In this document: positions 48,672-56,531 of the stretch, piece after piece
How the letters are laid out: the number at the start of each line of letters is the position of its first letter
How positions within the stretch are numbered: position 1 is the first letter of the stretch
Virus record (IMG/VR): IMGVR_UViG_3300027571_000004
Coordinates: 28,290-92,289 of that record
Source: a virus
Lineage: Duplodnaviria; Caudoviricetes
DNA length: 64,000 bases
Direction: 5' to 3' (one strand)
The notes under the pieces: model-generated
The model's database searches: none
Told to the model about the DNA's origin: nothing
What the model saw: only the letters and a program-made list of their open reading frames with translations
Program-made: the position numbers and the translations under genes

Positions 48672-51395
48672 TTGGAGATTAGAAGATTATTACGCATACT
48701 GTTAGTGCTATCTCTAGCCTTATTCCCACTCATTGTAGGCATTGACAAGGCTCATGCAGCAGAAGGCTTGACTGCCCAGGTTTACAATGTCCTGGGACAG
48801 AACAATGCCCCTTATATACCCCAGGGAGCCTCTCCAGTAGTAACTACAAATGTACCTAACATTGACTTTCAATGGGGTGGTGGTAGCGTCCTTGGAGGCC
48901 CATCAGAGGATGTTATAGTAAGGTTTACGGGGTCAATTAGAAGCGATTCTACTCAAGACATATCATTTTTAGCAACAGCAGACGATGGTACAAGGCTATA
49001 TATTGATGGAGTCTTAGTGGCAGATGACTGGAGAGACAAGGGTGGGGGAGGAACTACAACTGCCCCAATAGCCTTTACAGCAGGAGTACCTAAAACCATA
49101 GAATTAATGTACTATGAAAATGGTGGTGGAGCAAACGTATTTTTAAACTGGGATCAATCTGGATCAATGCAGATCATCCCATCATCAGCCTTTACTTCAC
49201 AAGCAGCACCAGTAGTTAAAACAATAGGGCCACCAAGGAACCTCACTGTCGTTGATGGTGCAACTACAACGGTTTTAGATTGGGATGCTCCAGATACTGG
49301 TAACACTCAACCAGAAAGATATGCAATAAGTTTTAATTGTTCTGGGTGTAACGGATGGGGAATTGCAACTGGAAATGTTGGCGGACCTAATTCACTTAAT
49401 ACAACAATAACAATTGATCACTCATTGCTTGAGTCACTAAGACCAAGCGGGACCGTATGGTCATTTCATATTAGATCAGACAATGATACATTAGCGCTAT
49501 ACTCTCAAAACTCAAATGTTGTTACATTAAAAATTGGAAAGACTGCTGAAGAGATTGCAGCAGAGCAAGCAGCAGCACAGGCTGCCATTGATGCAGAGAA
49601 CGCAAGACTCGCTGCAATTGCTGCAGAAGAAGCAAGGTTAGCAGAAATAGCAAGACTAGCAGAAGTGGCAAGGCTTGCAGAGATTGCTAGACTAGCAGAG
49701 GTTGCTAGGTTAGCAGAGGTTGCTAGGCTTGAAGCAGAAGCAGCAGCGTTGTTAGCAGCACAGCAAGAAGAGGCAAGAATTGCAGCAGCAACTGCTGAGG
49801 TTGCAAGATTAGCAGAGGTTGCAAGATTGGCTGAGGTTGCAAGACTCGCAGAGGTATCACGACTTGCTGAAATCGCAAGACTCGCAGAGGTAGCAAGATT
49901 GGCAGAGGTTGCAAGATTGGCAGAGGTAGCACGACTTGCTGAAATCGCAAGACTGGCTGAAGCAGAAAGACTTGAAGCAGAAAGAATTGCAGCAGCAACT
50001 GCTGAGGTCGCTAGACTTGCTGAAGTAGCACGACTTGCAGAAGTTGCTAGGTTAGCAGAAGTAGCAAGACTTACAGAGATTGCTAGGTTGGCGGAAGTTG
50101 CTAGGATTGCAGAAGTAGCACGACTTGCAGAAGTTGCTAGGTTAGCAGAAGTTGCAAGACAAGCAGAAGCAGAAAGAATTGAAGCAGCAAGAATCGCAGC
50201 GCAGGTTGAGGCTGCTCGTGTAGCAGCAGAAGTAGAGGCTGCTCGTATAGCCTCTGAGGTTGAGGCAGCAAGAATTAAAGCAGAAGCAGAAGCAAAAGCA
50301 GAGGCTGAAAGAATTAAAGCAGAAGAAGCAGCAAGAGAAGCAGCAAGAATTAAAGCAGAAGCAGAAGCAAAGGCAGAGGCTGAGAGAATTGCAGCAGAGA
50401 TTGAAGCAGCAAGAATTAAAGCAGAGATAGAGGCCAAGCAAGAAGCAGATCGTATTGCAGCAGAGGCTGCAGCAAAGAAAGCAGAAGAAGAAAGAATTGC
50501 TGCAGAAATAGCCAAGGCTAAAGCAGAGGCAGAAGCAAAGGCTGCAGAGGAGGCAAGGTTGAAGGCAGAGGCTGAGGCAAAAGCCAAGGCAGAAGAAGAT
50601 GCACGACTTGCAGCAATAAAGAAAGCAGAAGAAGAAGCCAGAGCCAAAGCAGAAGCAGACAGGCAGGCACAAATTGCTAAAGATAAAGCAGCAGAAGAAG
50701 CAAGAATATTAGCAGAGCAAAAGGCTAAAGAAGCGGAGGCTGCAAGAATAAAAGCAGAGGAAGATAGAAAGATTGCTGAGCAAAAGGCTTTGACTGACGG
50801 AAAGATTACAGCAGAAGATACTAAAAAGGTTTTAGATAACATTAACTCTGATGGTAAAGTAACTCAGGCAGAAGTTAAGAGTATTGTAGAAGCAATTAAA
50901 CAATCAGATGCTCCATTAACTGTTGAGCAAAAAGATTTAATTGCAACAGTAGTCATTGCAGCAGCAGTTTCATCTGGAGAAAATGTTACGGCAACACAAA
51001 TTCAAGATGCTGGTATTGAATATAAAGATCTTCCAAAAGAAACTCCTGTTGAAGTTAGAACATCTGAAAGCGGAGAACCACTTGTAATTACAGCAGAAGT
51101 TGCTGCAAATGTAGAATTGGTTACAGATGCTGGAGCATTGTTAGAAGCAGCATTTACTGATCCAGGAGCAGCACTTGCTGCCATTGGAAGTATTGGTGCA
51201 GATATGACTGAAGGAGAAAGAGAAGAGGCAACAGATATGGTTGTTGCAACAGTTGTCGCAGCAGGAGCAGCAATGAACGCTGTCGGTGCTGCAGCAGGAT
51301 CCACTGGAGGATCATCATCAGGAAGTAGTTCTGGTGGAGGATCAGGTGGAGGAGGAGCCTCTGGCAATTCCAAGGGAGTAAGGAGAAGACCATGA
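48672..51395 (+). CDS. Secreted PA14 + FN3 protein with long helical repeat stalk and C-terminal anchor
   Basis: Signal peptide ending AHA. PA14 motifs GLTAQVY, IDFQWG, ADDGTRLYIDG, YYENGGGA. FN3 PPRNLTV/LDWDAP. Repeat stalk, hydrophobic segment, Gly/Ser tail and RRRP. Confidence 0.85.
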   Translation: MEIRRLLRILLVLSLALFPLIVGIDKAHAAEGLTAQVYNVLGQNNAPYIPQGASPVVTTNVPNIDFQWGGGSVLGGPSEDVIVRFTGSIRSDSTQDISFLATADDGTRLYIDGVLVADDWRDKGGGGTTTAPIAFTAGVPKTIELMYYENGGGANVFLNWDQSGSMQIIPSSAFTSQAAPVVKTIGPPRNLTVVDGATTTVLDWDAPDTGNTQPERYAISFNCSGCNGWGIATGNVGGPNSLNTTITIDHSLLESLRPSGTVWSFHIRSDNDTLALYSQNSNVVTLKIGKTAEEIAAEQAAAQAAIDAENARLAAIAAEEARLAEIARLAEVARLAEIARLAEVARLAEVARLEAEAAALLAAQQEEARIAAATAEVARLAEVARLAEVARLAEVSRLAEIARLAEVARLAEVARLAEVARLAEIARLAEAERLEAERIAAATAEVARLAEVARLAEVARLAEVARLTEIARLAEVARIAEVARLAEVARLAEVARQAEAERIEAARIAAQVEAARVAAEVEAARIASEVEAARIKAEAEAKAEAERIKAEEAAREAARIKAEAEAKAEAERIAAEIEAARIKAEIEAKQEADRIAAEAAAKKAEEERIAAEIAKAKAEAEAKAAEEARLKAEAEAKAKAEEDARLAAIKKAEEEARAKAEADRQAQIAKDKAAEEARILAEQKAKEAEAARIKAEEDRKIAEQKALTDGKITAEDTKKVLDNINSDGKVTQAEVKSIVEAIKQSDAPLTVEQKDLIATVVIAAAVSSGENVTATQIQDAGIEYKDLPKETPVEVRTSESGEPLVITAEVAANVELVTDAGALLEAAFTDPGAALAAIGSIGADMTEGEREEATDMVVATVVAAGAAMNAVGAAAGSTGGSSSGSSSGGGSGGGGASGNSKGVRRRP
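49603..50790 (+). repeat. Coding tandem repeats: (ARLAEV/I)n hexapeptides, then E/A/R/K-rich repeats
   Basis: 18-nt degenerate units with synonymous variation; a larger block RIAAATAEVARLAEV... occurs twice. Confidence 0.92.
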
Positions 51396-51565
51396 TGAAA
51401 GTAATAAAAGATATGATAGATCAATTGTGGACACTTTTGGGTATGTTTATTGCCTGGGTAGTCCTTGATGGCTCTGCAAAGACGATAGTGGGTTATGCAA
51501 TTATAGGAACACTAATTGCATGGGCAATTACCTATCCGATTAGAAATAGAGATGATGACGAATGA
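51392..51565 (+). CDS. Small 2-TM membrane protein (57 aa), absent from the ORF track
   Basis: MMKVIKDMIDQLWTLLGMFIAWVVLDGSAKTIVGYAIIGTLIAWAITYPIRNRDDDE; SD AAGGAG; ATGA overlaps at both ends. Confidence 0.8.
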   Translation: MMKVIKDMIDQLWTLLGMFIAWVVLDGSAKTIVGYAIIGTLIAWAITYPIRNRDDDE

Positions 51566-51774
51566 AAGATAAATTAATGTGGGTAATTACCCTTGGAATA
51601 TTAGGCTTCATAGGCCTTGTAGTTATTGGAGAATACTCTTCAATGTTAATGCAACAGGCAACATCAGGAGAAAAGTTTTCAACTAACTCAGATGCAATCG
51701 CCTTAGTACAAAATGCACTGGTAGGACTAATAGGAATTATTGGTGGCTACTTTGCAGGAAAAGGAGAAAAATAA
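51562..51774 (+). CDS. Small 2-TM membrane protein
   Basis: Two hydrophobic helices; GLIGIIGGYFAG. Confidence 0.75.
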   Translation: MKDKLMWVITLGILGFIGLVVIGEYSSMLMQQATSGEKFSTNSDAIALVQNALVGLIGIIGGYFAGKGEK

Positions 51775-52058
51775 TGGCAACTAAAAAAATAGTAGAAACC
51801 CCAAAGCAAGAGCACCCACAGAAAGCAATAACAAATATTCTAATGAGAATTCTTGCGGTATTCGCAGCATCAGGACTATCAGTCTTGGGAGCAGGAGCCG
51901 TAGTAGGAATTGAAACTGTACAGGCAGTCATGCTTGCAGGACTCTTAGGGGTAGCCACAGTTATTGAAAGACTGGCAAGGGCTTTTTTGGACGATGGAAG
52001 GCTATCATTAACAGAAATAAATGATGCCTTTAAAACGGTAGATAAAAAGGCTAATTAG
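51774..52058 (+). CDS. Membrane protein, holin candidate
   Basis: Two hydrophobic segments, then DDGRLSLTEINDAF. Confidence 0.55.
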   Translation: MATKKIVETPKQEHPQKAITNILMRILAVFAASGLSVLGAGAVVGIETVQAVMLAGLLGVATVIERLARAFLDDGRLSLTEINDAFKTVDKKAN

Positions 52059-52074
52059 TCATTATCACCCCTAG

Positions 52075-52103
52075 TTGACAGCCCCTCTAGGCAATGGTAT
52101 ACT
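52075..52103 (+). promoter_or_regulatory. Consensus promoter TTGACA-17-TATACT (extended TG)
   Basis: TTGACA 52075-52080, TATACT 52098-52103; SD GGAGGG and ATG 52133 follow. Confidence 0.85.
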
Positions 52104-52132
52104 TAATTATACCTATCTGGAGGGGCTTTCGC

Positions 52133-52657
52133 ATGACCGTTATTGCTGTTTTAAAACATGAAGACAAAATTTATATGGCTGGAGATCGTGGAGCATCAGA
52201 TGATGGTACCATTCTAGCACTTGAAGCACCAAAAGTTTGGAAGACTGGTCCCTATTTAATTGGCTATGCAGGATCAATGGACGGAGAAAGAATTCGTCAC
52301 AACTTTAAACCAACTGCTCCCACTCTCAAAGATACAGATAGATTTATGCATACAAAGTTTATTAAAGAACTTCGTGAATTTTACAATGAGTTCTGGGTTG
52401 ACACATCTAAAGAAGGAGACCTTGGATTAATTATCTGTGTCCGTGGACAAATCTATGAACACAGTTCTGGAGATATGTCTTTATCTAAGTACATGCTTCC
52501 ATATCTGGCTATGGGATCTGGATCAGAGTATGCATATGGGGTTTTATATGCAACAGATAAGCAGAAAAATGCAAGGAATAGAGTGACGCAAGCAGTAAAT
52601 GCTGCTATTAAATTTAACCCATCATGCATGGGTCCAGTTGACGTTGTCAGTCTTTAG
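52133..52657 (+). CDS. HslV/proteasome-beta-like Ntn hydrolase
   Basis: N-terminal Thr after Met (MTVIAV), AGD, PKV, IGYAGS, AMGSGSEYAYG. Confidence 0.85.
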   Translation: MTVIAVLKHEDKIYMAGDRGASDDGTILALEAPKVWKTGPYLIGYAGSMDGERIRHNFKPTAPTLKDTDRFMHTKFIKELREFYNEFWVDTSKEGDLGLIICVRGQIYEHSSGDMSLSKYMLPYLAMGSGSEYAYGVLYATDKQKNARNRVTQAVNAAIKFNPSCMGPVDVVSL

Positions 52658-52666
52658 GAGTATACT
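52638..52666 (+). promoter_or_regulatory. Promoter TTGACG-17-TATACT
   Basis: -10 ends 6 nt before ATG 52673. Confidence 0.65.
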
Positions 52667-52672
52667 TTTAAT

Positions 52673-52876
52673 ATGAATCATTCACACGACGATCTGTCGC
52701 CTGAAGAGCAAGAGTTTGGTATCTGGCTTGAAAACGGTATAGAAAGAGGCTGGGTTACACCTCCTTATTGCAATACACATGATGGTGGATACGAATATAT
52801 GGGTGAAGAAGAGTTAGAAGAGTGGGACGCAGGTGGCGACCCATGTCAGCATGTCATCAGATTGATGATATCGTAA
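52673..52876 (+). CDS. Small acidic hypothetical protein
   Basis: CNTHDG...GGDPCQH. Confidence 0.7.
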   Translation: MNHSHDDLSPEEQEFGIWLENGIERGWVTPPYCNTHDGGYEYMGEEELEEWDAGGDPCQHVIRLMIS

Positions 52877-52893
52877 AAATGAAAAGGAATAAA

Positions 52894-53670
52894 ATGAAGA
52901 AAATCGTAGCACTAGTAGCAGTATTATTTTCAGTTGTAGTACCAGTTCAATCACAAGCAGCAGACGCAAAGTCTCTTGTTATTATTGATTCTTATTTTGA
53001 TTCAAGAGTTACAACATCAGCAATTACTTCATTAGGAACTGTGTGTAATACAGTAAAGCCAGTTAAAAATGCTACACCTTCATCTCCATACAATCATGGA
53101 AATGCTATGTATGCTGTGGCAAAGTTGCAAAATCCATCACTTAACATTATTCCAATCTGTGCATCAAATGCCCAGTCTGATGTTTTCCCAAGCCAGTTGA
53201 TCTCATCACTAACATGGGTAAAGAATAATAAGTCTAAGGTAAGCGCTGTCTCTATCTCTTTGACTTTTAATAAAACACAAACAGAGTGTCTACCATTTGG
53301 ACCTTCTAAAAATGTAAGCATTATCAAAGCAGACGATAAGGCTATTCGTGACCTTGTAAATGAATTATCAACATCTGGAATTCCAGTATTTGCATCAGCA
53401 GGTAACGACACAAATAAATCTGTAAGTTACCCAGGATGTATTGCTAATACAATGGCAGTTGCTCACGCTGATGAAACAGGAAAGCCATTGGCTCGTGCAG
53501 ATGTCAACACTGACTATTTTGTAAAGTTATCTGATGACGGGTCTAAGTGGTCTTATTCTACACCTCTGACTGGCCTTGTTTCACAGTCTTCTTCATCTGC
53601 AACAGCAGCACTTGCTGCTATGTGGGTTACCAATCCAATCGCACCAGGAATTGTTAAGCCAAAGATTTAA
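52894..53670 (+). CDS. Secreted subtilisin-like (S8) serine protease
   Basis: Signal peptide; IIDS (Asp), NHGNAM (His), ASAGND (oxyanion Asn), SSSATA (variant of GTSxA Ser motif). Confidence 0.75.
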   Translation: MKKIVALVAVLFSVVVPVQSQAADAKSLVIIDSYFDSRVTTSAITSLGTVCNTVKPVKNATPSSPYNHGNAMYAVAKLQNPSLNIIPICASNAQSDVFPSQLISSLTWVKNNKSKVSAVSISLTFNKTQTECLPFGPSKNVSIIKADDKAIRDLVNELSTSGIPVFASAGNDTNKSVSYPGCIANTMAVAHADETGKPLARADVNTDYFVKLSDDGSKWSYSTPLTGLVSQSSSSATAALAAMWVTNPIAPGIVKPKI

Positions 53671-53677
53671 AAGGTTT

Positions 53678-53750
53678 TGGGCTGTAACTCAGTTGGTAGA
53701 GTGGCGAACTGTTAATTCGCAAGTCGTAGGATCGAGGCCTACCAGCCCAG
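53678..53750 (+). tRNA. tRNA-Asn (GTT)
   Basis: Acceptor TGGGCTG/CAGCCCA; anticodon arm GCGAA-CTGTTAA-TTCGC; T arm GTAGG-ATCGAGG-CCTAC; G73; no encoded CCA. Confidence 0.9.
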
Positions 53751-53754
53751 CAAA

Positions 53755-53828
53755 GGTCACGTAGTTCAGTTGGTTAGAACGCCACCCTGTCACGGTGGAG
53801 GTCGACGGTTCGAGTCCGTTCGTGATCG
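53755..53828 (+). tRNA. tRNA-Asp (GTC)
   Basis: Acceptor GGTCACG/CGTGATC; anticodon arm CCACC-CTGTCAC-GGTGG; TTCGAGT loop; G73; no encoded CCA. Confidence 0.93.
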
Positions 53829-53852
53829 CAAATAAAGTGATATGATTGATAT

Positions 53853-53936
53853 GCTCTGCACGGGACCTTAGTGATGGATTAGTTACCCATTGGATAGAGA
53901 CCGTGGCGCAAGTCAGGTGAATTGCCTGTGCAGAGC
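53853..53936 (+). ncRNA. Candidate structured ncRNA, about 84 nt, three-way junction
   Basis: 12-bp closing stem GCTCTGCACGGG/CCTGTGCAGAGC; two internal hairpins, one with a GCAA tetraloop; starts 6 nt after TGATATGAT (-10). Confidence 0.65.
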
Positions 53937-53964
53937 CTCAACATTTAGCGGTATAATAATATTA

Positions 53965-54237
53965 ATGACTGACAAAGAGTTAGTATTATATAACAAACAA
54001 CAGTTTAAAAAAAGACTGTTAGATATTAAAGAGGCGTCTGGGTGTGTTGATTGTGGTCTTAAAAATCACATTGTCTTAGACTTTGATCACCTTCATGATA
54101 AAAAATATAACATTTCAAGAATGATTCATGACGGATTTTCTTGGGCAGCAATTAAAAAAGAGATTGCAAAATGTGAAGTAGTTTGTGCTAACTGTCATAG
54201 GATTAGAACTCATGACAGATTGACAGGTCAGGCTTAG
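53965..54237 (+). CDS. HNH endonuclease
   Basis: CVDCG, LDFDH, CEVVCANCHRIRTH; leaderless start 7 nt after TATAAT (53952-53957). Confidence 0.85.
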   Translation: MTDKELVLYNKQQFKKRLLDIKEASGCVDCGLKNHIVLDFDHLHDKKYNISRMIHDGFSWAAIKKEIAKCEVVCANCHRIRTHDRLTGQA

Positions 54238-54249
54238 TTCTGATATAAT
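54220..54249 (+). promoter_or_regulatory. Promoter TTGACA-18-TATAAT (extended TG)
   Basis: TTGACA 54220-54225 and TGATATAAT 54241-54249; upstream of the endolysin. Confidence 0.75.
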
Positions 54250-54286
54250 AGAGTGTAGTCTGTTTACTAGATAAAGGAGTTTTACC

Positions 54287-54925
54287 ATGGCAATTAAAGG
54301 ATCAGTAGAAGCAATCATTGAGGTTGCAAAGAAGGAAGTGGGCACAATTGAAGGCCCTAAAGATAACGAAACAAAGTACGGTGCATGGATTAAGGTTAAC
54401 TTCCAGCCATGGTGCCAATCATTTGTTTCTTGGGCAGCATTTACTGCGGGAGTAAAATCATTCCCTAAGTCTGCATCAACAGTCGCAGCAGCAGATTGGT
54501 TTAAGAAAGCAGAGCGTTGGTCAGATGCTCGTAATGATGATCCACAAGCAGGAGACTGGATCTATTTTGATTTCCCAGAAGATGGTGTAAATCGTATTTC
54601 ACATGTGGGTATTTGCATTAAGAACAACGGTGATGGAACAATTCAAGTTATTGAAGGCAATACTTCAGGAACTGCAAAGGGAGACCAGCGTAACGGAGGA
54701 ATGTGCGTTGAAAAGACTCGTGGTTATGTAAAGAACAACAAGAAGAAGTTGGTCAATGCTGTAGTTGGTTGGGGTCGTCCAGTTTATTCTGGAGAAGAAA
54801 ATGCTCCACTACTAAACAAGTTATCAGAAACTCCTGTAGTAGCACCTAAAAAGGCTGCACCAAAAGAGATTAAGCCAGTAGCAAAGAAGTCATCTGGTGG
54901 CGGTAAGTCACAGGTAGCACTGTAA
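54287..54925 (+). CDS. CHAP-domain peptidoglycan hydrolase (endolysin)
   Basis: PWCQSFVSW (Cys), PQAGD, SHVGI (His), IEGNT; K/P/A-rich tail. Confidence 0.85.
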   Translation: MAIKGSVEAIIEVAKKEVGTIEGPKDNETKYGAWIKVNFQPWCQSFVSWAAFTAGVKSFPKSASTVAAADWFKKAERWSDARNDDPQAGDWIYFDFPEDGVNRISHVGICIKNNGDGTIQVIEGNTSGTAKGDQRNGGMCVEKTRGYVKNNKKKLVNAVVGWGRPVYSGEENAPLLNKLSETPVVAPKKAAPKEIKPVAKKSSGGGKSQVAL

Positions 54926-54927
54926 TA

Positions 54928-55668
54928 ATGTCTAAAGATATTTATTTTATTGCAAAAGATCAGTTTGGTTTTGACACACAGTTAAGGCCTTATCCTGCTT
55001 CTTCTGGTGTTCCTAAGTGGTTCAAAGATGAACTGCCTTATGAAGTCAGTGATGAAAATAAAAAAGGTGGAACATTAATTGTAAAAGATGGCGCTTCGAA
55101 TGCCAGTTTTAAAAAGTGCACACCTATGTTAGATGCAATTACTTCTGGATATATTGTTCCATTATTTACAGATGTACAGGTAAGAATTGAGTCTGATGGA
55201 TTTCAAAGGATAACTTGGAGAACTGTTCAAAATCCTTTTGAGGGGCATGGAGATGTCTTTCAAAAACATGGAGACAGTGCAGCAAGAGTGAAACCTCCAA
55301 CTGGATATGGCAAGGTATTTAAGTATATGAACACTTGGATACCTAAGACTCCACCAGGATACTCTACAATGATAAGTCATCCTGCTGGGTATGAAGATGG
55401 TCCATTTAGAGCAATACCAGCAATAATTGATACTGATAGTTCTGTATTAGAGGTAGTTTTTCCTGTATGGCTTCAAGAAGGGTTTGAGGGCATTGTTCTA
55501 AAGGGAACTCCTATGATTCAGTTAACACCTTTTAAAAGAGATACATGGCAGTCTCACTTCCTTAGTTATGAGGGAGATGAACACAAAAAACTTCAAGAAA
55601 GAAATTTTAACTCAACAATTTTTAATAACTATATTAAGAATCACTGGACAAAGAAGGTATATAGATAA
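54928..55668 (+). CDS. Conserved hypothetical phage protein (beta-rich)
   Basis: PKWFK, FKKCTPMLDAITSGY, TPPGYS and KGTPMIQLTPFKR; function not assignable. Confidence 0.7.
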   Translation: MSKDIYFIAKDQFGFDTQLRPYPASSGVPKWFKDELPYEVSDENKKGGTLIVKDGASNASFKKCTPMLDAITSGYIVPLFTDVQVRIESDGFQRITWRTVQNPFEGHGDVFQKHGDSAARVKPPTGYGKVFKYMNTWIPKTPPGYSTMISHPAGYEDGPFRAIPAIIDTDSSVLEVVFPVWLQEGFEGIVLKGTPMIQLTPFKRDTWQSHFLSYEGDEHKKLQERNFNSTIFNNYIKNHWTKKVYR

Positions 55669-56075
55669 TGTATGAATACTATGTAAGAAAAGTAGAGAAT
55701 GTCGTAGATGGAGATACCATTGATGTTCTTATTGATTTAGGGTTTGATATCCTATTTGCATCTCGTGTTAGACTGGCTGGTATTGATACCCCTGAGTCCC
55801 GTACTAAGGACCTTGCTGAGAAGGCCCTAGGTCTAGAAGCCAAGGAGTATCTAAAGAAGGCTCTAAAGGACGCTAAGTCTGTTGTAATTAAGACTGAGAA
55901 GATGGATTCATCTGAAAAGTATGGTCGCATTTTAGGCTGGGTATATGTAGATGGAAACACCGTATCACTTAATGATATGATGATTAATGATGGATATGCT
56001 TGGGGTTATCTTGGAGATACCAAAGTAAAAGATTTTGGTGCACTTGCAAAGGCAAGGAAGAAAAGCGGTAAGTAA
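55668..56075 (+). CDS. Thermonuclease (SNase family)
   Basis: VVDGDT, RVRLAGIDTPE, KYGRILG, LNDMMINDGYA. Confidence 0.92.
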   Translation: MYEYYVRKVENVVDGDTIDVLIDLGFDILFASRVRLAGIDTPESRTKDLAEKALGLEAKEYLKKALKDAKSVVIKTEKMDSSEKYGRILGWVYVDGNTVSLNDMMINDGYAWGYLGDTKVKDFGALAKARKKSGK

Positions 56076-56260
56076 TGCCAGCGTATGATTATGTTTGTTC
56101 AGACTGTAATTTAGAATATACAAAAGTTAGAGGAATGTCAGAAGATGATCCAGGTTATTCCTGTGAGAGTTGCAATGTTCCTCTAACTCGTGTATACTCA
56201 TCTATAGGAGTTACTTTTAACGGTAGCGGATTCTATAAAACAGACAATCGAAAGGTATAA
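56075..56260 (+). CDS. FmdB-family zinc-ribbon protein
   Basis: MPAYDYVCSDC...CESC...FNGSGFYKTD. Confidence 0.85.
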   Translation: MPAYDYVCSDCNLEYTKVRGMSEDDPGYSCESCNVPLTRVYSSIGVTFNGSGFYKTDNRKV

Positions 56261-56261
56261 T

Positions 56262-56531
56262 ATGAGTGTGATAACAGATAAGATTTTTAACCGTGAAGTT
56301 GATGAGGTTAAGGAATGGACTCTCGGTCCTAAAGATAGATGTGACAGTTGTAATGCTGAAGCCCTTGTAAAAGTAACTGGAATCTCTGGGGACTTAATGT
56401 TCTGTGGACACCACTACAACAGGATTATGGCAATTCCTGATGGGTACAATAGTATGATGTCCTTTATGATAAGCATTGTAGATGAACGAGAAAAACTAAT
56501 AGAGAATAGAGCAAAGGGAGAATCCTACTAA
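56262..56531 (+). CDS. Small Cys/His protein (actinobacterial-type hypothetical); start may be GTG 56268
   Basis: DRCDSCNAEA...LMFCGHH; TATAAT 56256-56261 lies 6 nt before GTG 56268. Confidence 0.75.
   Translation: MSVITDKIFNREVDEVKEWTLGPKDRCDSCNAEALVKVTGISGDLMFCGHHYNRIMAIPDGYNSMMSFMISIVDEREKLIENRAKGESY

Noticed and set aside
49603-50160. Tandem repeats as a possible CRISPR array
   Set aside because: 18-nt degenerate in-frame coding units without unique spacers; the Cas4-like gene is a stand-alone phage nuclease.
49505-50842. 445-aa minus-strand ORF and other antisense ORFs over the repeat region
   Set aside because: Shadow of the GCA/GAA/AGA-rich repeats on the + strand; low complexity and no expression signals.
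53853-53936. Assignment of the ncRNA as hammerhead ribozyme, SRP RNA, tRNA, fluoride riboswitch or terminator
   Set aside because: No CUGAnGA/GAAA core, no SRP GGAA-loop/AGCAG motif, no T-loop or anticodon arm, no fluoride 3' GCUGAUGAC motif, no U-tract; left unassigned.
53890-53964. N-terminal extension of the HNH ORF from TTG 53890
   Set aside because: Overlaps the structured RNA; a TATAAT-N7-ATG start at 53965 fits better.
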